This document shows positions 24,798 to 38,604 of a stretch of DNA of 64,000 bases, piece after piece. Numbering within the stretch: position 1 is the first letter of the stretch; each line of letters starts with the position of its first letter. The stretch is from Felis catus (taxonomy: Eukaryota). A program made the position numbers and the translations under genes. Under the pieces are notes generated by a model that ran no database searches, had not been told where the DNA came from, and saw nothing but the letters and a program-made list of their open reading frames with translations. The stretch spans positions 145,082,001 through 145,146,000 of the forward strand of contig NC_058368.1 of the NCBI RefSeq assembly GCF_018350175.1, in the 5' to 3' direction.

Positions 24798-26294
24798 AGG
24801 CAGTGCTTTTTTATTTGATATGCCTTTACTACCGTATTCTACTCTAATTTGATATGCCTTTTCATCTTTCATCAGTTTTGTCCTAAGTCAATCTCGAACA
24901 AGGACCTGTGTAATCAAGACTAGCATTGGCTAGTGTTGCTCTTGGTTAGAACCGGACAAATGATGATGAGACATGATAAAGACCTGTACAATTATGAGAT
25001 TTAGTCACATTTTTCCAAAATTTCTACATCAACATTTATTGATCATCTTCTAGAAGCCAAACCATAATATGAGGGACTAATGAATGGAAAAAAGAACTGG
25101 AAGACCTCAATTAGAAAACAGCCTCTCATTCTTAATTAAAGAATACAAACCTATCAACAGGAAACTAAAAAGCACACTTCCATAAAAACAAAACAGTGCC
25201 TCAAATATAGTATGAATACATAAACAATGAGGGGATCCCAAGCATCACTCTTACAGGAGGGAATAGGAATGAGTGAACATTTCTAAGAAGAAATGAGACA
25301 GGTATATTTTAATATAGGCAACAGGCAAAAATGGGCAAGGAGGAGAAAACATTATAGTCATGAGAACAAGAATAAAAATCTGTAAATCAAGTAAAAAAAT
25401 TAAATTTGATTCTAGCATTTGTTTTATGTAAATAATTAATTTTAATGTCTTTAACACACCCCAATAAATAAATCCTAAAGAAGAAGGCAAGAGAATATAT
25501 ATTTTTATACGTACATTTGAATATGACTACATCTAATGCTGTCAAAATTCACTGATGTCAAAATTCATTGAATAACAATAAAAATTAATTAACTTGATTC
25601 TTCTTTCTTTCAGGCATAAATCGAAATAGGTAAGAGGGTGTGAAAACCTAAAGTAGAGCAAGTTTAACTCTATAAAGTGTTCACATCTTGATACAGGAAA
25701 AGAATTAAATAATTAGGTGCTTGTCTTTAAGAGCACTTTCTTATATCTCCTACTAAAACAAAGGAAACAAACAGCCTGATTATGTTTTTAAAGGACTAAA
25801 CTCAGCTAAATAATTGATTCTGCTCTGTAACTTCTCAAGAAAATATCTGTTCTAAATACACCAAAATATGAATAATTCCTTCAAGATAATTAATATTTAT
25901 AATTTAAAAAGGAAACATTTTTCTATAGCTTATCACTTTGCCAGAAATTTACCATATGCTTGGATAACAGTATAATGAAGCAGAAGGTAGTCTTGGAAAA
26001 GTTATTATCAATGAAAGTTCAATAAAAAGGATTATCAAAAATATATCCATTGCATAAGGGAGAAAAAGTCAAGCCTTTAAAGACATGCCAGAAAAATCCA
26101 AGGTAACAAGTAATTTATCTTCAGATAAATCACCAAAAGGAAAATAGTTTTACGTCTGTAGACTATTTGTGATATATAAAGAAATATATAAACTGTAGGA
26201 GACAAATAAACTTGATCATTCTGCCTGATAGGAGAAAATTGAAATCTTATTCTCAAACAAAAGAGATAACTCCAGCAGCATATAGAAGTAGTAC

Positions 26295-26575
26295 AGCACA
26301 CTGGTTAAGAGTGTGGGTTCTGGAGCATGACACTACCTAGATTCATATTCTTACTCCTCCGCTTCTTAGTTTAGCTGTGTTGTCTATATAAAAGTTCTAT
26401 AATCTTTCTATACCTTAATTACCTCATCTATACAAGGGGTGGTAATAATAGGACCAACTGCTAAGTTGGCATGAGGCTTAAATGTGTTAATACATAAATG
26501 GAGAACTTAGTGCCCGGCATTTGGAATGCAACTGTAAGCTATTTAAACTATTTTTATTATCACTGTTGTTATTAT
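26295..26575 (+). mobile_element. MIR SINE
   Basis: TGGTTAAGAGTGTGGGTTCTGGAG...CCTCATCTATACAAGGGG..TAATAATAG...CTTAGTGCCCGGCA. Confidence 0.75.
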
Positions 26576-26659
26576 TATAGACTAAATAGCTATCCTGAAG
26601 CTTCAGACATTTCTTTGGAGATTGCCTACTGTAGCTATTATTAACCACTAGCTCCTCAT

Positions 26660-27120
26660 GCAAAATACCAAAAGTTATGATCTGATCTTATATTTATAGG
26701 TACATTCTCCCACCATATGACAGTAAAAGGATATTTAAGGTGTAAATCCACAAGGACAAAGATGAGACAACACTAACAAAATCATGGTAAATGACTTCTC
26801 AGATCCCAGAAATCTGAATACTAGCCAGGCAAAGATTAAGTAAAAGCAACTCAATTTATATGATGGAATCTCCGAAAGACTAAACTGGTAGTACCACGTA
26901 CTTGTAGAAGTGAGAAAGATGAACAGAAGGACCGATTAAAAATCTGTTTGAAAAGCTGTTAGATTCCCAATTCCCAACTCTACCTCTCTCTCCCTCACTC
27001 AAGACGAACGCCCCTCCTCACCCCTGCAGAACACCAGGGGTTTATTCTCATTTTTAAATTTTTTTTAATGTTTATTTTTGAGGGAGAGAGAGAAAGAGCG
27101 AAGAGGGGAGGGGCAGAGAG

Positions 27121-27163
<43 letters not shown>

Positions 27164-28930
27164 CAGAGAGACAGACAGACAGAATCCAAAGCAGGCTCCA
27201 GGCTGTGAGCAAAGAGCCCAACATGGGACTTAAACTCACCAACCAAGAGATCATAACCTGAGCCGAGGTCAGACGCTTAACCACTGAGCCCCCCCAGGTG
27301 CCCCTATTCTCATTTTTCAAATGGTCTTACTATTACTGGATGACATAAGGCAAGTTTAGAGCAGGCAACGCACACTAAAAAAAGAGAGGGATAAAAAGAA
27401 AGTCTATGTGCTTCTTCCCATATTTGGTTTGCAAAACACTGAGACAGGCTTACACCCTCCAGGCAGGTAACAAAGATTCTTCTCAGGGGAATCTAAGCAC
27501 TAAAATAAAACACCTAAAAATATGGATATCAGAAAGTCTTCATTCGGACAGTCCAGTCAGATTATTCAGAAAGTTAGATTAATGAGACTGAAATTTACTT
27601 CATAAATCTACAAGCCTCATCCACAGAGAACTAATTTGCAGCTTTGTAAAACTCTTTTTAGAATGCTTAAGTGAACAGATTAGCCAGAAACTGTCACACA
27701 TTTAAAGAGAACCTGAAATAGGAAAGATAAGGACCAAATCAAGCAAACAAAAAGAGTAACTTAGAAGAAAGAGACACGTAAAGAGAAGAAAATGTTCCAA
27801 AACTATCATTAATAACCTTCAAAGCGATAAAAGAATATAAGAATGCATGAAACAAAAACAGAATGTCATTAAATAAAAGTAGAGGTCTATTAACAGGAGA
27901 ATTATTTTGAATCTACAGAAGATTGAAAAATAAAACAGAAAAAAATCTTCCAATAAAGTAAAACAAAACAAAATGTGGAAAATAATTGAAGAAAAAAGAT
28001 AAAATAATTAGAGGACCAGCCCACAAAGTTCCTACAACATCCAAAGAAAATAGGAATTCTAAAAACAGTGAGTGAGGGAGTGAGTGAGTGGAGACAGAGA
28101 ATTAAAGGAAAGAAATAAAAGAACTAACTCAAAAAAATGCCCAGAACTGCACATGATTTCCTATGTCAGAAGAAGCTACTTGCGAACGTGCTTCACTGAC
28201 ATGAGGGCCCACCAAAGAGGAAATCAGGTAATAGGGCATCCAACACAAAAAAAGAAGCAAAATGAATCCCTAGGATGACAGGGATGGTGGCAAAAGTAAA
28301 GTCTACAATACCTATGCCAAAGACCACAAGAATATCCAGTGCAGATTAGAACAGGTCAGAAGAGTCTGAGAGCTAGACCTTTAAAAAAATGAGATTAATA
28401 AAATAATTAAGAAGATATTTAGACAACCAGAGAGAGTTTGGGGGTAAATTCATGATAAGTACATAGAAAATTAAGCTGCCTTTTCACAAATAAATGTATT
28501 CGGGGGAAAATAAAACCACACAAGAAAGAAAAAGCAGTCACAGAATACCACTACAGGCAGAGCTATGAAGAGCATTTACAGAGTTATAATAATGTAAACA
28601 TTAAGTAAATACTACTGTAACCAAAATTAGAATAACAAAAGTTTTATCTTCCACTGTGGGAAGTCAATAGACAGTATCTAAAAAAATCAAGTAGCAGCAA
28701 TATAAGTTTGTTATTTGCAGATATGAAAATAAATAGCAAAAGAATCAACTAAAAGAGTTAACCACAGTTGATCCTAAGAAACAGGAAATGGGATAAGGGT
28801 GAGAGCAGACAATGTAGTTTCTCATCACAAGCCTCACAGAACTATTTGGCACTCTTTCAACAATATATTTGTACACTGTAAGATATTAATAGAATATATA
28901 TAATGATAAAGTTAATCAAAATAAAATATA
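26660..28930 (+). mobile_element. Ancient L1ME/HAL1-like element
   Basis: Long A-rich tract with decayed ORF1-like segments (AACTATCATTAATAACCTTC..., ATTAGAGGACCAGCCCACAAAGTTCC...). Family assigned by resemblance only. Confidence 0.5.
27056..27303 (-). mobile_element. SINEC with expanded (GA)n
   Basis: TSD TATTCTCATTTTT. Confidence 0.92.
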
Positions 28931-29269
28931 ATTTCCTAATTACAACATTAATAGATGTTCATATAATTTGAAAACTGCACAGGAATTAATAACGAAAGAA
29001 TGCTGCCATCCAGATAAAACTATTAATATATTGCTGTATTGCCTTTGAATATTTTTACTGCATAAACACACACTCATGTAATTTTTTTAAAAAACAAAGC
29101 TTCAGATTCTTGCTGAATATGCAAATTTACATGCTCTTTTTTAATGAACATTATATCATTAACATTTCTGATGTCCTTAAATATTTTCTAAAAACACATT
29201 CCTCCTCATCCTCAGGCATCACGTATTTAACCATTTTCCTACTAACTCCTTAGCATACAGTTAATAAGG

Positions 29270-30960
29270 TTTTCCTTTCTCAAACTCCCATCCCTTGACT
29301 TGTGGTGTCTTCCCAGATTCTCTTTAGCCACTTCTGTTTCTCCTTTGTGGAATCCTTCTCCTCGGCCTACCCCTTAAATGTTGGTGTCCCACACAATTTC
29401 ATCCTTCATTTTCTCTCTTCACCCTGGATGACTCCAATAACAACACTATATCCTGATAAATGATAATCACCAAGTTTTGTTAATTCTCCCTTTTAAATAA
29501 CTTGAACCTACCAGCTTCTATCAGTCATTTCCATCTAGTTCAAACCATCATTATCACCAACCTAGATTCCTAACTCATCTCTGGACTCCACTTCTGTCCC
29601 CTTCCAAAGCAGTCTCCACATCAGCAGTCAGAATGATCTTTTAAAAACAGAAACCTAATCTCATAGCACCCTGCTTAAAACCCTTCAGTAGCTTACTGTT
29701 GTTTTAGAACAAATTCCAAAATGTTTTCCTACCTATAAGGTCCTATATAATCTGGCCTGTGCCAACTTCTCCAGCTTTATTCCACACCACTCTTCCTCTG
29801 GTTCTCCATGCTCCAGCCACACTAGTCTTCTTGTTCTTCAAACATCTCAAGATTTCTCTTGCCTGGAGGCCTTGGCACATGCTGCTCACTTCGCCTGAAA
29901 CAATTCCCTCTCCACCTCTTGGCAAACTCCTATTCACCCTGAACAAGACCCTCAAGTTGCTCGTTTCATACTATGGAAACACTGCTTCTGGAGCTGGGCA
30001 ACACTGAAATCTAAGATAGGGAGTACATTAATAAAAGAATTTGCAATATTTCTGTGTAATGTCTGCATCCCATGATAATATAAACTGGACAGGAACAAGT
30101 CTTGTTCAGTGTTGGCCCCCCTGCACCAAGCAAAGTACCTTTTGGGCAGTAGATTCATTTGTTGAATGGTTCAATGACTCCCAAACCTCTATCTTGGTGT
30201 TCGAAACTCTTCTAAATTCTAAATCCATATAATCAACTACCATCTCCACCTGTATCTCCTATAGTTTTCTCAGACTCAACATATTCAGGGCTTAACTAAT
30301 ATTACCTCCTTTATATCTAGTTCCCCTGCTGTCTTCTCATTAATGGCACCCTGTCAATTCTGTTCCTCAAATCTGCTTAGATTAGTCCCCTCTTTTCCAC
30401 CTATTTTGTCACAGTTATAAGTTCAGTCCCTTACCAATTCTTATCTCAATTATTACATAGCTTAATACGGAGTCTCCACACATCCAGCATCAAACTCATC
30501 TGTCTTCTAACCTTAGGACCAACATAATGATTTTTTTTTAAACTAAAACAAATTTGGTCCTATCATTCCCACACTTAGAATTCTTCAATGATCTTTTCCC
30601 TACATGTGAACTACTGCTGCTGCAATACTACTATACTATGGGCGGGTTGCTGAATACGATAAACTCTGTTATTGCTTGTGCATTTGTCTTTTCTAGTGCC
30701 TCTGTCAATATGCCCATCCTCTCTTACTCATTTTGCTAACTTTTTAAGACTCAACCTAAAGGTATGTTGACCTTTTTCCTGACCACATCACCCCAGGCTG
30801 ACTTGGGTGCCCTTCCTCTGTGTTTCCACAGTATCCTGGGTATCACAGCATTTATTACACAATGACATAACTTACCTGCCTCCCCATTTGATCCTAATTA
30901 CACAGAAGTGCTACATGTTGTTTTATCTTTGTATTGCCAAAATCTATTAAATAGTTAGCC
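29270..30960 (+). mobile_element. L2 LINE relics (two or more segments)
   Basis: CAGTCAGAATGATCTTTTAAAA...CCCTGCTTAAAACCCTTCAGTAGCTT, CTCCAGCCACACTAGTCTTCTTG, and L2-end CATTTGTTGAATG at ~30155. Confidence 0.7.
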
Positions 30961-31179
30961 CCCAAAATAATTTGCAGCATGACTGTCAATGTAATGACAT
31001 CATTGGTGACATGTTTGGTATAAATTTTGTAATTTTTATACAATTAAGGCAATATATATCTTGAACCTCACTAGAAGACTTTTCCATTTTAAAATCTCCT
31101 TTAATTGTTCTTTAAATACTATATTCAAAGTTCCAAAATTGAAGAAAAACAGAAGAATATTTCCTGACTCTTCATAGCA

Positions 31180-31560
31180 CCAGTAGGTAGACCATCTGCT
31201 ATGGGTCTTTCACACTCCTCTCCATCTTCCTGGGTATGCGACAAATTCAAGATCTTGAGCATGCTCTAGCAGGGCCACTTCTCTGGGTTGTGTGTGCAGT
31301 AAGCAACCTTGAAGGATGAGGTAAAGAAAAGTCTTGCTCCTCCACTGCAATCCACTATATGTACATTTATCTGACCATATTGTATCACTCCCATGGGACA
31401 TGGAAGCAAGGAGAACTAAAACAAATATGCTAATGCTTATGCTGCTTGCTGTGCCAGAAGTAAATAGAGTCCTTTGTCTCTGACCTAGGAGTCTCATGCC
31501 TTCTACCAGCACCTATGAAACATTAATAGGCTACTAATAAGTAGACTGAAAACAAATCCA
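31180..31560 (+). mobile_element. ERVL-type LTR remnant (MER73/74-like)
   Basis: GTCCTTTGTCTCTGACCTAGGAGTCTCATGCCTTCTACCAGCACCTATGAAAC resembles the recalled 3' portion of this LTR group. Confidence 0.55.
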
Positions 31561-32459
31561 AAACGTACCAATTTGCCTCTTGGCAATTTACAGACCCCTA
31601 CAATCAAATATACATTTAAACCTGAATGATACTACCATTTCTTCTTCATGTTACACAAAATAATATATGAAAATCCAGGTTCCCCACAAAATTCAACTTA
31701 CTGTACATTGCAAGATTTTCTACCAGCTTATTTTTACTGTTTCAATTATTTTCCCCCAAATAAACTTCATAATTCTACTTGTGTTTTCATTTTCCTCTTT
31801 TATTCTATATGTTCCCTAAAGCAGAAGAGTTTTCCAGTCTATGGTCTCTCTAAACATAAGTTATAAAACCCACAACCAAACAATTCACAAAGCCTGCTGA
31901 AAAGTTACCAGAACCAATTAATGGAACATACATGGTTGTCATCTTTCCACATAAAAGGTTGTCAGTAGATAGCTGAAGCATGTTGGTATCTCTTCTAATT
32001 TGAGTTCTAATCTTATAAGCCCCTGAGAATTCTTTGCCTCACCCTCCGGATGGAAAGAGGTTTTTTTTCATCATTTATTTATAAGTATTCCTTTTTGATA
32101 ATAGACCTTCCCACCTTCCCAGACATTAAGCAATTAACTATGAAATTATATTTCTGAAAAAGACAAGGAAAGGCGACAAGGGAAACTCATAGTGACATAT
32201 TATCAACAAGGAAATTTTTTTTTAGGAATTTACATAAGAAAGGTTGGATGGAGGAAGAAACTATCAAGGCTTTTCATTGTGGCTATAATATAAATTATGT
32301 CCCACACACAGAGATAGAATTCAGAGGACTAACTAGAATGAGTAGATTCAAAGTGGCTGACTAGCAAAGAAAAACCCATACAAAGCTGAGAAATATAAAA
32401 GGTAACAGTGATAAGGAAAAAACAACAAACCCAGAGACATTAATTAGCTTTGAAAACAG

Positions 32460-32694
32460 GGGGGGCGCCTGGGTGGCGCAGTCGGTTAAGCGTCCGACTT
32501 CAGCCAGGTCACGATCTCGTGGTCCGTGAGTTCGAGACCCGCGTCAGGCTCTGGGCTGATGGCTAGGAGCCTGGAGCCTGTTTCCGATTCTGTGTCTCCC
32601 TCTCTCTCTGCCCCTCCCCCGTTCATGCTCTGTCTCTCTCTGTCCCAAAAATAAATTTAAAAAAACGTTGAAAAAAAATTAAAAAAAAAAAAAA
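32460..32694 (+). mobile_element. Young felid SINEC
   Basis: Near-consensus body; TSD GAAAACAGG. Confidence 0.96.
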
Positions 32695-33884
32695 GAAAAC
32701 AGGCAAAGTAGGCTAGCTAGCTCACAAAAGAGGTCATCCAGCAACTACCAATAAGCCTTCTACTGGAAGCAGAGCTCATACTGGTGGCAAACTTAAGTGA
32801 AAAAATTCCCCACATGCAAAGGAAGCAACTGAGACTTGAGATCAGGAAATTGGTGGAGGCTGAGGGTTTCACCAGCTTCACCCAGCAAGCTCTCACTGAC
32901 GTTTACAGTAGTTTTATATGTTAACACAACTATCTCAAGAATATAAATTTTACATTTCAGATATTCCCAGGAGTGCCACACACGAAAAAAGCATATGTCA
33001 ACTTGTCAATATTCAATCTTCCCTAAATCCTTAGGGGAATCTCTATAGAAGACCTTCACAAGGGTCTTCCTTAATAGGCAGCTACAAGTAATGCCATAGC
33101 AAATAGGGCTGTAGCTTCCTTAACACATAAAAGCACTTGAGGCCACAGAAACTCTCATGTAAACTTCTAAGGCCATTTCTAATCTAGACATTGCTATAAA
33201 CCACTTACTTAAATCTTTCACTTAAAATACAATTGATATATAAAGAACACTAGATCTATGATTTTTCTCCATTTTCCCTCAACTTTTTTTAAAACATGAA
33301 TATATCTTTGACTCAATTATATAATATCATCCTTATTGAGTAAATGTTTTTCTACTGAAGCATCCTTGTTTATACATTAGGATCCAGATGAGGTCACCAC
33401 AGGTTTCAAAACAAAGTAGGATAGTAACCTCCTGCTACAGAAATCCATAGGCTGTTTCCAGGTCATAAGCAGCAGCAATATGGGAAGTCTGCTCTGTGTC
33501 ATCTTTAGCAGTAAGCAGTTGCAGGTTACTCAGCATCCTTTCTCCAGGACTACAGCCACCACTGCTCCTCCTTGCCCCCACAGTAACTCCCTACCTCATC
33601 CTCCAAGAGTTAAAACCAATCTCAAGGGAGAAGGGGAGAAGGGAGCAGATTACTATCTTCATCCAACAAACTCTGTTACTTTTTTCTCAAAAGAAATGCC
33701 TTTCACAGACTTCTCAGTATCCACAACGAGGGGAGGTGAAGGAAAAAGGTGTAGAACATGGCTTACCGCAAAAACAATGGAACCACCATAGGAGCCCAAT
33801 TTATTTCTACCCATCTTGATTAGAAGCTAGAATTGAGACGTAGTTAAGGAGACCCCAGAAGAGAGCTGGGCCCATGTTTTAAAA

Positions 33885-34430
33885 TGTACCCAGGATTTGT
33901 TTTCATTAGGTATAGTGAGAGAGACTTGGAAAAAAGAGTTTATTATTATTATTATTCATAATTCATAATTCCCAGGAGGAGAGGACAAGCCACTTCATAC
34001 AAGGCCACATGGGAAAGCACCAGTTTGGTCTGCACAAAAGGAATGAGGGGGAAACATGGGCACAGCCTTTAATGTCATTTTCTCAGGAAAGGCAAGGAAG
34101 GATAGGATAACTAGTTCTGGATTAGCTAGTTTGAATAATCTCAGCAGGCTCTGGGGTGTAGGGACTGCCCCTTAGTTGACTGCTAGTTGCCCTGAGGTGT
34201 TGCTAGGGCAGGTGGCTCAGCCTGGGAGAAAGCAACAAAGGTGGCGTGTAGTGGCCCAGGACTCCTCGGTTTGCATACGAAAGGCACACACCCAGAGGAG
34301 TGCTATCTATAGGAATCCCAACTATCTTTAGCAGTTAGCAAGCCCTGGGAGGGGCAACCCATCACCAGCCTGCAAGATCCCAAGTTGCTAAAGCATCATA
34401 AAATACAGAAAATAAAATATCTATAGATAT
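33885..34430 (-). mobile_element. ERVL-type LTR (MER54-like)
   Basis: Reverse complement begins TTTTATTTTCTGTATTTTATGATGCTTT...TGCCCCTCCCAGGGCT, a recalled MER54/74-group LTR start. Confidence 0.6.
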
Positions 34431-35871
34431 ACATATAGATATGGTCAACAGCCCAGAATGTACTTCTGAGGTCAGAGTTCATCTAGATTGCATTTTTTAA
34501 ATAAATGCCTGGTCTAAGCTCCAGAATTTCCTTGAACTAATGCACTTCTTCCTTGAAGCACCCCTAACCCACCTCTCCCTTATGTCACCACTAGCATGCA
34601 CTGATGGAAAATATATCAAAGCAGTTACTCCAAATAGTCTTCCCTTGTTTCAAACTGATTGTTTACATCACAATCTGAAATGTGTATTACAATCCATCAA
34701 AATGATGGCATGGTCTTTGCTACAACTTGTGAAGAAGTCATACTATTGCCGTTAGAATCATTCAGAACACAAAAGTTTTATGTACTAAAAAAGCATACAT
34801 ACTAAGCTTTTTGATCTAGACCTTTAGCTACTGTTGAGATGTTTGCATAAAATTTCAACAAAAGGAACACAAAAATGATACCTCAGGATTTCAAAGACAC
34901 CACTAATGTTTATCATCTTCTAGAAAAAAAGGCAAGAAAGTTGACTAGATAAATATCAAGACATCTCCCCCTCTCCTCTGCTGCTAAGCTTCTGAACAAG
35001 ATTTTTGTCTTACTTCAAAAAGCCATCAGTCATGACTGTAAGAATTCATAATTTGGCTTTAACCATTGTTCAGTACAGATGTTTAACCACAGGAAAACTT
35101 CAATCTTTATACTGATTTAACTGGTTAGATGCATTTTGCTATTGAACTGTGATTTCACTGTTGAACACACTGCCTGATTATTCAACATAAAAGTAAAACT
35201 AGATCTGCTTACAACACATACACAAGTAACATTAATTACCAGGGATTTTCTTTTTGCTATGTTTTTTTTCACAATCACAGACATGCTTGCTAGGTAATAT
35301 AATCGTCATGAAAAAAAATATTAGGTAGAATACTAGTTTAGAAATAAAACTAAGTGGGGAAAAAAAGCAACTAATCCAGTTTGGATGGGTACCATAAGAA
35401 AATAATGTGACTCCTACTTGATGGGATGGTTAGTCACAGCAACCAGCAACAGAACACGATGATCCAATCCCTACACTTCATCATAAATCAGCTATTTAAT
35501 CCTTCTAACGGCCTTGAGAATCCCAGTATCTAAAAAACATTTCCAAATATCTTTCTTAAGTTCTGGAGAACTCAGACAACTCAGACAAGCAAACAATGGA
35601 ACTCTCTAATAGAGTGCAAGATCACAGATACGACATTTTGGTTTCCTAAACCAGTTCATCAATATCATCATAAGGAATCAAATACCTTAGCAAAACTTAA
35701 AATGAAAAATTGCCAAGATTCACTGATGAAAACTGGACAGTTGTTCCAACAAAATTGGACTCTATGCCCACAGATATCACTTCCTTTTTTAGGGTTTTTA
35801 TATATTCCCTGCTGCTCTACCCCTACATTGATCCATCAGGGCATACTGATCCTTATTTACATTTATGGTCT

Positions 35872-36040
35872 GGGGCACCTGGGTAGGCCAGTCGATTAAG
35901 CCTCTGACTCTTGATTTCAGCTTAAGTCATGATCTCACAGTTTGTGAGATCAAGCCCTGCTTTGGATTCTCTCTCCCTCTCTGCTCCTTCTCGTTCCTTC
36001 TCTCTTGCTCTCTCAAAATAAATAAATAAACTTTTAATTA
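35872..36040 (+). mobile_element. SINEC (internally deleted)
   Basis: SINEC head and tail; flanking TATGGTCT repeat. Confidence 0.87.
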
Positions 36041-37224
36041 ATTAATTAACTATGGTCTCAACACACACACACACAAAATACCTCCCTTTCTTCAGTTATC
36101 AGCATAGCTGACACATTCAAGTATTCATCCAACAAATATTTACTGCACAAATACTAAACGCCAAGTACTATATTATTCATTGGAATTTTCAAAAAGACTT
36201 TACCAGGTATCAATAGAAAATAAAAGGGAAATAAACAACAAAAAATATATAAAATATCCTTGCTTACATTCTAATTAAGCATTAGGATCTTACTAGAGCT
36301 AGCAAATATCCATGACATGAAGGTCTTGTCAGAAATATTGCTAAGATAAATATATTACAGCATGCCAAATCTGTAATTTAACTATACAGGTACATTGTGA
36401 GAGTTCCATGCTTTCCAGCTGAAGGTCATTTTCTTCCTCTTCTCTGTATGGTTTCATTCTCTTCACATCAAAGCCAAGAGCATAATTCTAATCCTTCCAC
36501 TTAATTCTCATTTCCAAACTAGAAGACCTACCTTTCTCCTATTTAGTAACTATAACACTCTTTCACAAGAATGCAACACACTGCTGAAGAGAGGCAGTGG
36601 AGAAATGAGGAAAAGGGAGGCTGGAGGGTGGAAACAATGGGCTTTTATCAGCCAGTGGTGAACCTTTTAAAACACTAAAACTTGGAACAGCCTTAACAAT
36701 AACTGCAGTAATGAGGCAGAGTCTGTGTATTATTCTTCAAGTAGTAATCATTTTAATTATAACCAGAAACACAGAGATAATAGCTAGCAAATGATATCCT
36801 AAGATTTCTGTAACATAGAAACAACTCTAGGCACTAGTTACATGACCTTGAGCGGGTATTTTATTTCTTTAAACCTTTGTTTACTTATCATATGTTAATA
36901 AGATGTACCTCACATGGCTGTTCTAAGTGTAAAGTATACCAGTGTAAGTGAAGGACCTGGTATGATGTGTGCTATGTGGTAGAAATACACAGTAGGTCTC
37001 TTCCCTTTAAGAAAGCATAAAAGTGCAAAATGGAAGAACGGACAAAAACTGTCACTCACTTACCTTCTCAAGTGCATACACAATTACAGTATAAAAGTTT
37101 ATTTACTTTTAAATGTTCAGCTCAAATGAATCCTTCCCCAGCATATCCAGCAAGTGTTTTCTTCCACCTTTGAAATCTCATAACGCTTTGCTAGTCCCTC
37201 TCTAATAGCATTGTGATTATATGG

Positions 37225-37450
37225 TTTTTTTAATCAAAAAAATTTTTTAATGTTCACTTGTTTCTGAGAGACAGACAGAGACAGAACACAAGTGGAGGAG
37301 GGACAGAGAGAGAGGGAGACGGAATTTGAAGCAGGCTTCAAGCTCTGAGCTGTCAGCACAGAGCCGGACACAGGGCTTGAACTCATGAACCATGAGATCA
37401 TGACCTGAGCTGAAGTCAGTGCTTAATCGACTGAGCCAACCAGGCACCCC
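37225..37450 (-). mobile_element. SINEC
   Basis: TSD CATTGTGATTAT / CATTGTGGTTAT. Confidence 0.92.
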
Positions 37451-38160
37451 AACATTGTGGTTATTTGTACACAAATTTTATGTCCTCTATGTGAAAAATC
37501 AACTTAAAAATCAGAAACCCTTTATTACTTTTGCCAAATGAGGAAGTTTTTAAAAATAAACTAAAACAAATCTCTTTTAACACTCACTCATTTAGAAAAA
37601 AAAGAACTATCCTGAATAACGGAAAGAAGGTTCTATATGAGTTACAAACGAATAGTTAGCACCTTGTCTGAGATTACATTACTCCTACCCAAATTGTTAC
37701 ACACCGTTAGTAAGAGTTATATGTAACTCTGTGTGTGTGTGTGTGTGTGAGTGTGTGTGTACATAAATTTGTCCTTTAAGAAGGTTCTCAGTTTCCTGGA
37801 AGAGGAAAGATTCATAATGACAAGTTAATAGAAGGCTATCAATATGGTTGATTATTGTTGGTAGTAGAATATAAAGGTTCATTTCCTTCAACCCCATTCT
37901 TCTTCAACTTATGGTCTCCATAAAAATATAGAGTGCTTTTATTCTATGCTCAGGCTGTGAGTATATCCAATTGTATGTATACAAAATACAGGTAAGTCAA
38001 AGTAAAAGTCTGACTCTGAAAACTGAAGAAATGAATAGCTTTAGATGCCCTTGTTTTCCAAATGGAAACCTGTACCCAAGTACAGGTATTATTTTTACTT
38101 TAACTCGTTTTTATTGAGACTAACATCTATTTCCCTGACATGTTAAATACAACATCAAGA

Positions 38161-38518
38161 GGGGCGCCTGGATGGCTCACTCAGCATAGCATGTGACTCT
38201 TTTTTTTTTTTTTTAATTTTTTTTCAACGTTTATTTATTTTTTTTGGGACAGAGAGAGACAGAGCATGAACGGGGGAGGGGCAGAGAGAGAGGGAGACAC
38301 AGAATCGGAAACAGGCTCCAAGCTCTGAGCCATCAGCCCAGAGCCTGACGCGGGTCTCGAACTCACGGACCACGAGATCGTGACCTGGCTGAAGTCGGAG
38401 CTTAACCGACTGCACCACCCAGGTGCCCCAACATGTGACTCTTGATCTCGGGGTTGTAAGTTTAGGCCTTACGTTGGCTGTAGATATTACTTAAAAAGAA
38501 AATAAAATATTAAAAAAA
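38161..38518 (+). mobile_element. Short old-type SINEC split by a younger SINE
   Basis: Head at 38161-38201; remainder GATCTCGGGGTTGTAAG...GTAGATATTACTTAAAAA from 38444. Confidence 0.88.
38202..38429 (-). mobile_element. Young felid SINEC nested in a SINE
   Basis: TSD CATGTGACTCTT at 38190-38201 / 38432-38443. Confidence 0.95.
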
Positions 38519-38604
38519 TTATATATATGTGTGTGTGTGTGTATATGTATATTTATATATGTGTGTATACATATAAATACGCTCCCCCCCACACACACAC
38601 ACAC
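38519..38604. repeat. Compound (TA)/(TG)/(CA) microsatellite
   Basis: Seen directly. Confidence 0.9.

Noticed and set aside
24955..25050. C/D-box snoRNA (ATGATGA)
   Set aside because: No suitably placed CTGA D box or terminal stem seen.
25540..25572. Short tandem duplications (also ~22667, ~35569, ~55843, ~63446)
   Set aside because: Two-copy duplications of about 9-25 bp are ordinary slippage or repair products.
37055..37070. Isolated strong minus-strand donors (AAG|GTAAGT here; TTG|GTAAGT at ~56795)
   Set aside because: No convincing paired acceptor, and both are adjacent to old repeat sequence.
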